From a virus, in IMG/VR virus record IMGVR_UViG_3300021180_000008, positions 9,568-73,567 of that record: a stretch of DNA of 64,000 bases. The stretch is one strand, 5' to 3'. The notes below the pieces were generated by a model. It did not search any database. It saw only the letters and a list, made by a program, of their open reading frames with translations, and was not told the DNA's origin. Below are positions 28,234 to 37,578 of this stretch, in pieces. The position numbers and the translations under genes are program-made. Each line of letters begins with the position of its first letter. The first letter of the stretch is position 1.

Positions 28234-28523
28234 AAACTTGTTTCACCTTATAGTACTCATAAGATAAGGTGATCTTGTAAATCTGTATCCATCTTCGATA
28301 CCTCACCAGAGGACTGTAGAAGAGTACCGATAAAGTGCTACTCAGACGTCATGTCCATGTTGGCTACTCGTACAGATACAGATGATGCGTAAAAATACGT
28401 TAGGAACTTGTTGGTGAAGAAGAGAGTATTAACAGATTGGATAGGGGTTCCGAAAGACTTCATCCCCGTGGGATCAAGTAGGAGTTCGTTTATTCAGTTG
28501 TTAATACTCGATTCTATTCAATT

Positions 28524-28997
28524 ATGAAATCAGGTTTATATTCTATAACCAATACCATTACGCGATGTGTCTACATCGGTAGTTCAGTTAATGTGCCTAA
28601 ACGATTAACTCGTCATAGGTGGGAACTAAATAATAAAAGACATAAGAATCAAAAGCTACAAAGGGCTTGGGATAAGCACGGGGAAGCAGTTTTCGTTTTT
28701 GAAAAAATTCTGACCTGCCCAGTAGAACTGATCAGATGTTTTGAACAACTGTTTGTAAATGCGTATGATTCTGTAGCAACTGGCTACAACATTCTTCCTG
28801 ATGTAAATTGTTCTAAAGGTTATAAATTAAGTCAGGAAGCAAAAGATAAGATCTCCCAGCTGCATAAAGGGCGAGTGCTTAGTGAAGAGCATCGTGCTAA
28901 GTTAAGGGCTGCTAAGATTGGTACAAAATTTTCGGATACTCATAGACAGAATATGTCTAAAGCTAGGAAAAGGTATTGTCAAGCAAGAAAAGCATAA
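28524..28997 (+). CDS. GIY-YIG homing endonuclease with NUMOD3 repeats
   Basis: GLY.I...VYIGSS..V.KR...H, GYN, SEEHRAKL/SDTHRQNMS repeats. Confidence 0.9.
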   Translation: MKSGLYSITNTITRCVYIGSSVNVPKRLTRHRWELNNKRHKNQKLQRAWDKHGEAVFVFEKILTCPVELIRCFEQLFVNAYDSVATGYNILPDVNCSKGYKLSQEAKDKISQLHKGRVLSEEHRAKLRAAKIGTKFSDTHRQNMSKARKRYCQARKA

Positions 28998-29386
28998 CAC
29001 CTTGGCAAGGCATTCCTAAAGATTTTAGTCCAGAAGGACTAGAGGGTTTCGTGTATCTAATTGTTAATACTCTTTCTCTTAAGAAGTATATAGGAAAGAA
29101 GTTCTTTTGGTCTAAACGCCGTAAGAAGGTTAAGGGGAAGAAACGACGCAAGCTGGAGGTAACTGAAAGTGACTGGAGATATTACGAAAGCTCTTCCGAA
29201 GCGCTTAAAGCAGACATCCGAAAGTTTGGCAAAGATAAGTTTACATTTGAGATTCTATCAAAACATACTACGCGAGGGAAGACTAATTACGCTGAAACTA
29301 GAGAATTATTCAGAAGAGATGTTTTGGTTTCCGAAGACTACTACAACGACTGCATAATTAATAGGTATTATAGGGGGAGGATATGA
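28976..29386 (+). CDS. GIY-YIG nuclease (compact phage type)
   Basis: GFVYLI.N....KYIGKK, ESDW..Y.SS, F.FEIL, YYN..I. Confidence 0.85.
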   Translation: MSSKKSITPWQGIPKDFSPEGLEGFVYLIVNTLSLKKYIGKKFFWSKRRKKVKGKKRRKLEVTESDWRYYESSSEALKADIRKFGKDKFTFEILSKHTTRGKTNYAETRELFRRDVLVSEDYYNDCIINRYYRGRI

Positions 29387-29843
29387 GAACGTTTACAGTA
29401 TTCAGGCCTTCTATACCTGAAGGTACTCATGATGTCAATCAAGCTAATCCACCTGATAAACCACAATTTGAAGGTGTTATATTTACAGATGGTACTTGCG
29501 CTATCCGATGGCTTACGGCCAAGGGCTCGACCTCTGTCTGGAGTTGCCTAGAAGATTTAATGGCAATTCATGGGCACCCTGAGTACGGAACGTATTTTGT
29601 ATGGGGAGATGAATAATGCAAGTAACAATGCCACAGAGACGTCATAAATTCTACCACGTCAATGGCACTCTGATTTATAGACGTTTAAAGATCGAGTTTC
29701 CTAACATTCCTATATTGAAGTATCTATTTCAAGTATTAGCTATACGCCATACAAACAGCAGATACATCTATACGACTACAAGTGATTTAATACAAGATAC
29801 AGGTTACACTGGCTGTATAAAAGAGTGGTACAGGTCCCGTTGA
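29383..29843 (+). other. Two small hypothetical genes (29383-29616, 29616-29843)
   Basis: Coupled junctions; the first has EGV.F.DG..A.RW...S......L..IHGH. Confidence 0.6.
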
Positions 29844-29868
29844 CACAATCCTTCGACTGTAGTATAAT
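29840..29868 (+). promoter_or_regulatory. Consensus sigma70 promoter
   Basis: TTGACA-N17-TATAAT. Confidence 0.8.
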
Positions 29869-29928
29869 TAGCAATGAGACCTCGCTTCCTCACATATTAA
29901 ACGAGGCGAATAGAAGAGCGAAGCTCGC

Positions 29929-30090
29929 ATGCAAATAATGGTTGACATAGAGCTATCCCTAACCAAAGAAGAGTTAGCAGATTTAAAACAAGCTGCTGAG
30001 TATCTAGAGATGTCGATAGGTGAAGCTGCACGTTATTTTATTGCTAAAGAAACTAAGAATGTTATACGATGCTACAGCCTGAGCTCTTAG
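29929..30090 (+). CDS. Small ribbon-helix-helix-like protein (53 aa, below the ORF-track cutoff)
   Basis: Manual translation MQIMVDIELSLTKEELADLKQAAEYLEMSIGEAARYFIAKE... Confidence 0.5.
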   Translation: MQIMVDIELSLTKEELADLKQAAEYLEMSIGEAARYFIAKETKNVIRCYSLSS

Positions 30091-30631
30091 AAGAATTGAA
30101 AGGGAAGATGTCTCTTACTAGACTGGCTAAAACTGGTCTATTCCAAAAGCTCGACCCTAATACTAACGACGACGAACTAAGAAAAGAACTTAAACTACAC
30201 AGAACAGTTTTAGATAAAGCCTTGATTGATTCGTTCTCTATCAACGATAGAATACGCATACCAGTTGAGCAATGGTTAAAGATAGATAATGAAGAATTCA
30301 TAGATGCATGTGACAGGGCTGCTTTAAATCCAGGCCAGGTCTATCAAGTTTTTATGGCAGTTAAAGCAATATTAAAAGGACATAAAGCCAGATTTAGAAA
30401 GTTTGGCGCAAGTAAAGAATGGGAAATGTAATAATGCTCAGAGCCTCTAGCGCAGATTATACTGCTAATAGAGATGATGCCCAAGCAATGGCCAACCAGA
30501 TTATGAAGAAGTATCATAAGGATGGTCACACTTGGGTTAGGGTTTGGCTAGAGCCAATGCAATTGGAATCTGGTCGTAAGTTTTATGCTATACGTAGCAA
30601 CATAGTTTTCAAGGTACCTCAATACATATGA
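30069..30631 (+). other. Two hypothetical genes (30069-30431, 30419-30631)
   Basis: Overlapping ORFs in the operon. Confidence 0.6.
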
Positions 30632-31206
30632 AGATAGGACTAATAGGAGCCCCTCAGTCTGGTAAGACTACGTTGGGTGCAATGCTCTATGCAGAGTTTT
30701 TAAGAGAAGGTTTTGAAGGTGCATACCTCATACCAGAATACGCTAAGTACTGGATTGCCTCAGGCCATACCATAAGAGATTGTGGTGAGCAAGAACATGT
30801 CGGACATAGTCAGATGTGTCAAGAGACTGCGATTATGCAGACCACATTTAGCCCAATCATCTGTGATTCAGTATTGTTCTTGGGTAAGATCTACGCTAAG
30901 CACGCTGGATACTGTACTAATGCAGAGTTCTCCTCCTATATCAAGGAAGTAGAGAAGTTCAAGTATGATGTGATTATTCACACCCCCTTAGTCTTTGCGT
31001 CTAATGAGAAGTGTGAATTCAGAATTCATGATGCTAGGGAGTCCTTGCATATAGCTTCTCTTATAGAAGAAGAACTTAAACAACATAAGAATGTCATACG
31101 TGCCCCTAACGTATTCGAAGATAGGGATAACTTTGTTAAGAAGTTTGTAAAAGATTATAGGAAGGATTATTTAAATGGCAGCGCCAATCAATCTAAGATC
31201 GGTTAA
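30628..31206 (+). CDS. NadR/AAA_28-like P-loop kinase/ATPase
   Basis: GAPQSGKTT Walker A, PEYAK, IICDS. Confidence 0.8.
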   Translation: MKIGLIGAPQSGKTTLGAMLYAEFLREGFEGAYLIPEYAKYWIASGHTIRDCGEQEHVGHSQMCQETAIMQTTFSPIICDSVLFLGKIYAKHAGYCTNAEFSSYIKEVEKFKYDVIIHTPLVFASNEKCEFRIHDARESLHIASLIEEELKQHKNVIRAPNVFEDRDNFVKKFVKDYRKDYLNGSANQSKIG

Positions 31207-31438
31207 GGCGATAAAGGAATTTATGGAAACAGCTAATGAACAGATACTATCATTGGAAGATGCTTGCTATCGTATTATGGTAGCTAAAGACCTTCGTGAA
31301 GCTAAGCTTATTGCTGCTGAGGCAGTACATGAAGACTTGGATATTTATCTTGAAGAAGATACAATGGCTGAAGAGCTTGACTTTGATAATGATGATAATC
31401 TTCCTTGGGATGATATTGATGTCAGCCACCAAGATTAA
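31175..31438 (+). CDS. Acidic hypothetical protein
   Basis: AAGGA SD; D/E-rich C-terminus. Confidence 0.6.
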   Translation: MAAPINLRSVKAIKEFMETANEQILSLEDACYRIMVAKDLREAKLIAAEAVHEDLDIYLEEDTMAEELDFDNDDNLPWDDIDVSHQD

Positions 31439-31967
31439 GTCTACCCTAGGCCAGATGAAGAACCAAGGGTTTGATGATTTCCAGACCCCTAGGTGGCCTG
31501 TAGCCACTCTTATGAATATCCTAGAGAGTAATAAACACTCTAGAGATCTATTTACAGATGAGACTAATATCTGGGAGTGTGCTTGTGGTAAAGGCCGCAT
31601 AGTAGATAGTCTTACGGCCATGAATTATAATGTAGTTTCTAGTGATATAAAGTATGGTGTTGATTTCTTAACCACCGATAAAGTACAAGGTGAGGTTATT
31701 ATCACTAATCCACCATTCTCGAAGAAGACAGATTTTCTAAAACGCTGCTATGATCTAGGCAGACCATTTGCATTACTCTTACCGTTAACAGCAATGGCTG
31801 GTAAGAAGCGGATTAAAATGTATCAAGAACATGGGGCGCAATTCATAATTATGAAAGAACGGATTGACTTTGAGTATCCGGATGGAACCTTTAAAGGAAA
31901 GCCTTGGTTCAATGGTATGTGGGTCACACATGGTTTTAGCTTACCTAAGGATATACAATGGATTTAA
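31419..31967 (+). CDS. Amino-(N6A/N4C) DNA methyltransferase-like protein
   Basis: QTP, WECACGKG SAM-binding motif, IITNPPFS catalytic motif. Confidence 0.8.
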   Translation: MSATKIKSTLGQMKNQGFDDFQTPRWPVATLMNILESNKHSRDLFTDETNIWECACGKGRIVDSLTAMNYNVVSSDIKYGVDFLTTDKVQGEVIITNPPFSKKTDFLKRCYDLGRPFALLLPLTAMAGKKRIKMYQEHGAQFIIMKERIDFEYPDGTFKGKPWFNGMWVTHGFSLPKDIQWI

Positions 31968-32224
31968 TTCATGAATACCTCGTACACAGCTATCTATACT
32001 ACTGCTTGGCAGATACGCTTATCTCTGACTATGAGTTTGATGACCTATGCAAGACTATCAACAAGAACTGGGAAACGCTCGATAGCGAATACAAGCAATT
32101 TCTATTAGATAATAATGAAACTCCTGGACTGATTAAGGGGCTTGAATTGTTCCAATCAGACTATCCAGTTGATGTTCTAGAAGACGCACAATTAAGACTA
32201 GCTAAAAGAGACTGTAATGGATAA
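31958..32224 (+). CDS. Stand-alone NAD-dependent DNA ligase domain Ia-like protein
   Basis: HSYLYY.....ISDYEFDDL matches LigA Ia H..YY....ISD.EYD.L. Confidence 0.65.
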   Translation: MDLIHEYLVHSYLYYCLADTLISDYEFDDLCKTINKNWETLDSEYKQFLLDNNETPGLIKGLELFQSDYPVDVLEDAQLRLAKRDCNG

Positions 32225-32385
32225 GAACTATACCAACATGCCTTCAGATGAATGGGCTAAATGGTTTAAACAATTTGAACGCACGTCCTTTGAAGAGGAT
32301 GGTAAAGTGCATATATACGCCAATCAAATGGAAGAGATCTTCCAGATGTTTAAGGCCCGAATGAAATGGGAAGAGGAGAATAATA

Positions 32386-32763
32386 GTGCCGATGAACCAG
32401 CTATCGTCCACAAACTTGTCACCAAGTTCTAAAGAAATAGAAGCAGAGGGGAAGAAGTTTGATGAAAATAAAACACGTCTTGACCTTATTCCGCCAGAAG
32501 CTATTTGGGCCCTCGGCTCAGCCCTTAGTTATGGAGCCAATAAGTACGGTGAATACAACTGGGCTAAAGGAATGCAGTGGTCAAGAATCTTTGCCGCCAC
32601 CCTCCGACACCTCTATAAATGGTGGGCAGGAGAAGAGTGTGACGCCGAATCAGGGATACCCCATCTTCACCATGCACTCACCAATATTGCCTTCGCATGT
32701 GCGTACTCTCAACGAGGAATTGGGAAAGACGATAGGCCCAAGAAGACCGGCCCTACCAGATAA
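32386..32763 (+). CDS. dATP/dGTP diphosphohydrolase domain protein (DUF5664-like)
   Basis: KFD..K.R.DL.P, YGA.KY...NW.KG, A..RHL..W..GE..D.ESG..HL.HA. Confidence 0.85.
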   Translation: MPMNQLSSTNLSPSSKEIEAEGKKFDENKTRLDLIPPEAIWALGSALSYGANKYGEYNWAKGMQWSRIFAATLRHLYKWWAGEECDAESGIPHLHHALTNIAFACAYSQRGIGKDDRPKKTGPTR

Positions 32764-33086
32764 CTGGGAAATAGGCGATACTGTGTTCACAGTGGCTGTT
32801 AGAGATCCTCTAGGTACTATATGCAATGACTTTGCTGAGGTATTGGATAAACATGAGGATAGATGCTTGATACAATTCCTACAATCTAAAACATACTTAG
32901 TCGTAATAGCGAATCAGTTATGGAAGGCAGGTAAGGCGTGAAGAATAAGGAAAAACAAGTAGTTAATCCCGATAGAGAGAATCTAGAGTACTTCTTATCA
33001 AAGTCTAAACACAGTATGGAGAAGATGCGAATCACTTCATCAATCATTAAAACTTTAAAATATACAAAGAAAAGGGTCAAAGGCCA

Positions 33087-33116
33087 TTGCTAAGTCACCT
33101 CAAATTAGTGTATAAT
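33087..33116 (+). promoter_or_regulatory. Sigma70-like promoter, probably leaderless phoH mRNA
   Basis: TTGCTA-N18-TATAAT, then ATG after a 7-nt gap, no SD. Confidence 0.55.
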
Positions 33117-33123
33117 AGTACCT

Positions 33124-33801
33124 ATGGCTCCTAAGAAGACGCACGTTACTGCCCCAAAGCCTTTGACCGCTAAGCAAGCTCAATTGGCTAGATCCATAAG
33201 TGAAAAGGAAATGACCATTGTCACAGGACCGGCAGGTACGGGTAAAACATTCATGCCAGCTGCATTGGCGGCATACTATTATTCTAAAGGTCTGGTTGAG
33301 ACGATCATCATTACGCGTCCGACGGTTCCTTGCGGTAAAGGCCTAGGCTTCTTGCCAGGGACTATAGATGAGAAGATAGAGCCTTGGGTAGCGCCTATAA
33401 TTCAGGTCTTAATAGACTTCTTATCCAAGGGTGAAGTAGAATGTATGGTAAAGAATGGCAAACTTAAGATCATTCCATTCGACACAATTAGAGGTCATAC
33501 GTTTAACAGTGCTTTTGTTATCCTGGATGAAGCGCAGAACACAACGATCCCTGAGATCAAAGCGTTTGTTACAAGGACCGGTAAGGATAGCAGGACCGTT
33601 ATTAACGGTGATATCTCGCAATCGGATTTAAAGAACAACGAGAAATCTGGTTTAGCTTATCTAACTTATCTATTAGAAGATGTTAATAACGAAAACTTAT
33701 CGAATAAGGTTGGGCAAGTACATTTTGAGATTGAAGATTGTGTACGTTCGGCTATATGTAAAGCGTGGATAAAGGCATTCGATGACGACAATAGCGTATA
33801 A
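33124..33801 (+). CDS. phoH: PhoH-family ATPase
   Basis: GPAGTGKT, LGFLPG, RGHTF, ILDEAQN, GD.SQSDL, VRS. Confidence 0.95.
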   Translation: MAPKKTHVTAPKPLTAKQAQLARSISEKEMTIVTGPAGTGKTFMPAALAAYYYSKGLVETIIITRPTVPCGKGLGFLPGTIDEKIEPWVAPIIQVLIDFLSKGEVECMVKNGKLKIIPFDTIRGHTFNSAFVILDEAQNTTIPEIKAFVTRTGKDSRTVINGDISQSDLKNNEKSGLAYLTYLLEDVNNENLSNKVGQVHFEIEDCVRSAICKAWIKAFDDDNSV

Positions 33802-34264
33802 AGGCGGAGTTATCGCTATGGATAGCATGGTTACCTCTGACGATGGTCGGTATGGTCGTGTATCCAAAGGCAAGATAACTAAAGAATACTTAATAGCTGC
33901 TGCTGGTTCTGCACAGGATGTTATGGCTTTTATAGATTGGGCAGAAGATGGCTATAAGCTAACAGAAGCTAATCTTAAGAAGTACGGCTTATATGACAGA
34001 GATGTCGAGGTAGAAGGTATTATCGTAGATAGGAAACACAGAGTGCTAGTCTTTGAAAGTAGACTATACCCAATGCCTATCGAGAGCCCCTTCCATGCCC
34101 TAGGCTCTGGTTGGAAGTTTGCTTTTGGTGCTATGGCGTTAGGAGCATCGCCGTACACGGCTGTAAAGATTGCTTCGGAATATGATGTCAACACAGGAGG
34201 CAATATTAAGCTATTAGCCTTCAGAAAACAGAAGGTTAAGAGAGTTGCCAAAACAGATACATAG
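33782..34264 (+). CDS. Ntn-hydrolase (HslV/proteasome-beta-like) protein
   Basis: N-terminal MTTIAY, A.DS, AG, ALGSG..FA.GAM, D..TGG. Confidence 0.8.
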   Translation: MTTIAYKGGVIAMDSMVTSDDGRYGRVSKGKITKEYLIAAAGSAQDVMAFIDWAEDGYKLTEANLKKYGLYDRDVEVEGIIVDRKHRVLVFESRLYPMPIESPFHALGSGWKFAFGAMALGASPYTAVKIASEYDVNTGGNIKLLAFRKQKVKRVAKTDT

Positions 34265-35051
34265 TTCGGTACTTCCAGCAGATCATTTAATTATACCTGA
34301 CCAACACACGTCCAAAGGCGACAATCTTAGGCGTTTTGAGGCTTTGGGTAATTATATCGTAACACACAAACCACAAGTAATAGTGAACCTAGGGGACATG
34401 GTAGACATGGCTTCCCTTTCATCTTATGATGTGGGTAAAAAGGAGTTTGTATTTCAGAATGTACAAGAAGATATTGAATCCCTCCATGCGGCAGAAGAAG
34501 TCCTCTATGCTCCCTTACACGCTTACAACAAGCGACAAGTCAGTCTCAAGAAAGCCAGATATGAGCCAATCATTGTTAAGCTCATCGGCAATCACGAGTA
34601 TCGGCTCAAAAAACTGCTTGAGTACGAACCTCGCTGGGCGTCCAACACCATTAATATGCAGGCCTTCAATACGCGCCAGCCGATCAATGAAACCGTTATA
34701 CCATTTATGGATTGGGCAGAAGTAGATGGGATTAACTATTCTCACTATTGGGCTTCCGGAGTTCTAGGTCGGCCCGTGCCGAATGCAAAGGCTATCCTCG
34801 CTAAGAAGGGGGTCTCGGCCACACAGGGCCATGCTCATACCCTGGACGTTGCTACTCTTACTAAGCCTAATGGTACTCGTATTCGTGGTCTTATTGCTGG
34901 ATGCTTCCTTGATCCCGAGTACCAGTCATTTGCTGGGCCTCAAGTAGATCAACTGTACTGGTCTGGTATCCTGCATAAGAGAAATGTTAAGGATGGTGAT
35001 TATGATCTAGAAGAGATTAGTATAGAGAGATTACTCAAAGAGTACACTTGA
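34245..35051 (+). CDS. Calcineurin-like metallophosphoesterase
   Basis: PDQH, LGD..DM.SLSSYD, GNHE.R, YSHY, QGHAH. Confidence 0.88.
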   Translation: MPKQIHSSVLPADHLIIPDQHTSKGDNLRRFEALGNYIVTHKPQVIVNLGDMVDMASLSSYDVGKKEFVFQNVQEDIESLHAAEEVLYAPLHAYNKRQVSLKKARYEPIIVKLIGNHEYRLKKLLEYEPRWASNTINMQAFNTRQPINETVIPFMDWAEVDGINYSHYWASGVLGRPVPNAKAILAKKGVSATQGHAHTLDVATLTKPNGTRIRGLIAGCFLDPEYQSFAGPQVDQLYWSGILHKRNVKDGDYDLEEISIERLLKEYT

Positions 35052-35076
35052 CAAGATCAATCTATAGGAGTATAAT
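35048..35076 (+). promoter_or_regulatory. Consensus sigma70 promoter
   Basis: TTGACA-N17-TATAAT; ATG after a 6-nt gap. Confidence 0.8.
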
Positions 35077-35082
35077 AATACA

Positions 35083-35624
35083 ATGACAGACACAATTAAA
35101 CGCTTTCACTCAGAACGTTACAACGGCAGTAGTTATGTTTACGCCTCGCATGAAACAGTAGAAAAAGCTAAATCAGTTATTGGTAACTGTGAAGCATGGC
35201 GTATTAGAGATGACGACAAAACAATCCTTGAAGAGCACAATGGCGAAGTGCTGGAAGCATTTGATAAGAGAATGCGGGAAGTAGCTGAATGGCGAGCAAA
35301 AGATACCGCTAAAAAACAACAACATGAAACCGAATTGAAAGCAGTACAATGACAAAAGAAACACTCAACGACCAAATCGACCAGAAAAACGTAGACCCTC
35401 ATGCTACACCTACGCTTAAGTCAGCTAAGAACATGGCTGGTTATGCAGAAGATAAACAGATTGACCCTAAGCTTCTTAAGGTAGGCGAACTGGTACGTGA
35501 AGCTCAAGAAGAAGATGCTGAACCCGATTATTGCTGCACTGATGATGAACTCATGGAGTGTCAGGATAAGAAGAAAGAAGCGCTTGAAGCTCAGCGTATG
35601 ACAACCCCAGGTTCTAATAAGTAA
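35083..35624 (+). other. Two hypothetical genes (35083-35352, 35349-35624)
   Basis: First gene follows the promoter; ATGA-coupled junction. Confidence 0.6.
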
Positions 35625-35633
35625 GGTTTAAAC

Positions 35634-36137
35634 TTGCCTAGTCTTTACTATACCCCTTCTGAACGAACTATAAGAGCCTGTACCTATTGCGGAGCTGAGT
35701 TTATAGGTTATAAAAAGAATCAAACGAAATGCAGTAAACGATGCATGGATCGTGATTATTGGCATAGACGTGGAAGTTCCCTAAGAACTCTTGAAAGAGT
35801 CTACGAAAGAAACAGTGGTAAGTTCGACATCTACTTTAATGAATTGAGACAACGACCAAATAGAAAACATTTAACAGTTGAGGATCTATTTGAAATATAT
35901 AATAGGCAGAATGGAAAATGTGCTTTAACAGGTGTCAAATTAACTTGCCATCGATCAGTAGAGTATCACAATCCTACAAATGCTTCTTTAGATAGAATTA
36001 AAGCCGGTGGAGAATATAGTAAAGATAATTTACAATTAGTTTGTTCTGCGGTCAATAAGTTTAGACACAATCTAACAATTAAAGAATTTATAGAATGGTG
36101 TAGAAAAGTAGTAGAGTACAATGACAAAAAAACGTAA
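35634..36137 (+). CDS. HNH-like (endonuclease VII-type) homing endonuclease
   Basis: N-terminal CxxC..CSxxC; Q.GKCALTG, SLDRI....Y..DN.QLVC..VN. Confidence 0.8.
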   Translation: MPSLYYTPSERTIRACTYCGAEFIGYKKNQTKCSKRCMDRDYWHRRGSSLRTLERVYERNSGKFDIYFNELRQRPNRKHLTVEDLFEIYNRQNGKCALTGVKLTCHRSVEYHNPTNASLDRIKAGGEYSKDNLQLVCSAVNKFRHNLTIKEFIEWCRKVVEYNDKKT

Positions 36138-36372
36138 CTATCAAAAAGAGTATAAAAATTATCAAGGCAAGCCAGAACAGATTGCTAATCGCTCGAAGCG
36201 CAATGCTGCCAGGGCTAAACTTGAGAAAGAAGGCCGTGTCCGTAAGGGAGATGGTAAAGATGTAGACCACAAACGTGGTGTAGGTGGTGGTAACGGGGAT
36301 GGTAATCTTCGTGTACAATCGAAACATAAGAACCGCTCTTACCCACGTGATAAGAATGCCCACAAGAAGTAG
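36121..36372 (+). CDS. Small HNH-motif protein
   Basis: RNY.KEY..Y, R..RN.AR, GDGKDVDHK, NLRV....NR. Confidence 0.75.
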   Translation: MTKKRNYQKEYKNYQGKPEQIANRSKRNAARAKLEKEGRVRKGDGKDVDHKRGVGGGNGDGNLRVQSKHKNRSYPRDKNAHKK

Positions 36373-36645
36373 GGGCGAGGACTATACTAGTGTTGCGGAG
36401 GTGCTATTAGAAATGGCAAAAGCTCCTGACACTATTAGAGATCTAGAAGAAATTATCATAGTAGATAAAGATCTTAAAACAATCGGCGTCTGTAGAATAG
36501 AGTATTCTAGTGCCTTCGACCCAAGTCAATATAATTTTACTAAGGAATACTAAATGTCTCGCGGAGAACAAAAGAAAGAATCCAAAGGCAAGAAGCCTAA
36601 AGATAAACAAGAACAACAACCAATGAAGAAAGTATCACACTAATA

Positions 36646-37578
36646 ATGTCGAACACTAATCGTAACTGGGCACTAAAGAACAAGACAACTGGTCAACTTC
36701 ACTCTAGAATGACTTTCCCTACACGTGAAGCAGCTCGTAAGGTCGCTCAAAGTCGTCCCTACAATGGTAACTACATGGTAGTCCGTTTGGGAGATGGCAG
36801 TATTCCCTCCAAGCATCAGCCTAAGTACCCTAAGCCCACTAAGCCTAAGAAGGCAGAAACCAAGGAAGCAGTGACAAGCGCAGCTATGCCCACATGTACT
36901 AAAACAAAGACTACGCAGTCGAATGGTCGTCCCCTTAATAAGGCACCCCAACTGCGCCCTTCTACTCATACTGGCATTGGCTTTGCAGTAAGTAAACGGT
37001 TCCTGTAATCCTATGCCTATCCGTAAAGTAAAAGGCGGGTATAAATGGGGTGGTCACGGTCACGTTTATCCAACCAGAGAAGGTGCGGAGAAACAGGCTG
37101 CTGCTGCCCATGCAAATGGTTTTACTGGTAAACGAAAAGGAGGTAAAGTCGATGAAAAAGAAAAGTCGAAAAAGAAGCCTCCGTCACGCACTAAGAAATA
37201 GTATTGCTAAGGACCTTCGTACTCCTAAATACCGGCTACGAGTGAAGCCCAATAAAAGAAAGAAACAAATACTAAATGACTATCAAAACACAAGAGGAAG
37301 GATCACAGAAGACTGATAATGTCTCTGCCTTCGTACCCAAGAAAGGGACTAAAGGCGTGAAAGAACCTACCTCGGAAGAACTAAAACAGAAAGGTCTTGA
37401 GACATTCCTTGAGATCGTAAACAATAAATCTGTAGGCTTCTTTGCCATCGTATTTGATGAGAACAATGACCCTAAGATTATCTGGGCAGGAGATATTGAA
37501 TTGATCAATGCTCTTGGTTCTCTGGAAATGGCTAAGAACGAACTCTATTCGAATGTCTTTTTAGGAGACATCATCTAA
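36646..37578 (+). other. Small basic/hypothetical genes (36646-37008, 37013-37201, 37276-37578)
   Basis: Packed ORFs; 37013 has MPIRKVKGGYKWG..G.VY...A.KQ..A, typical of small phage proteins. Confidence 0.55.

Noticed and set aside
32386-32763. 2-aminoadenine (Z) genome pathway
   Set aside because: A DUF5664-like hydrolase alone is insufficient; no PurZ is present in the window.
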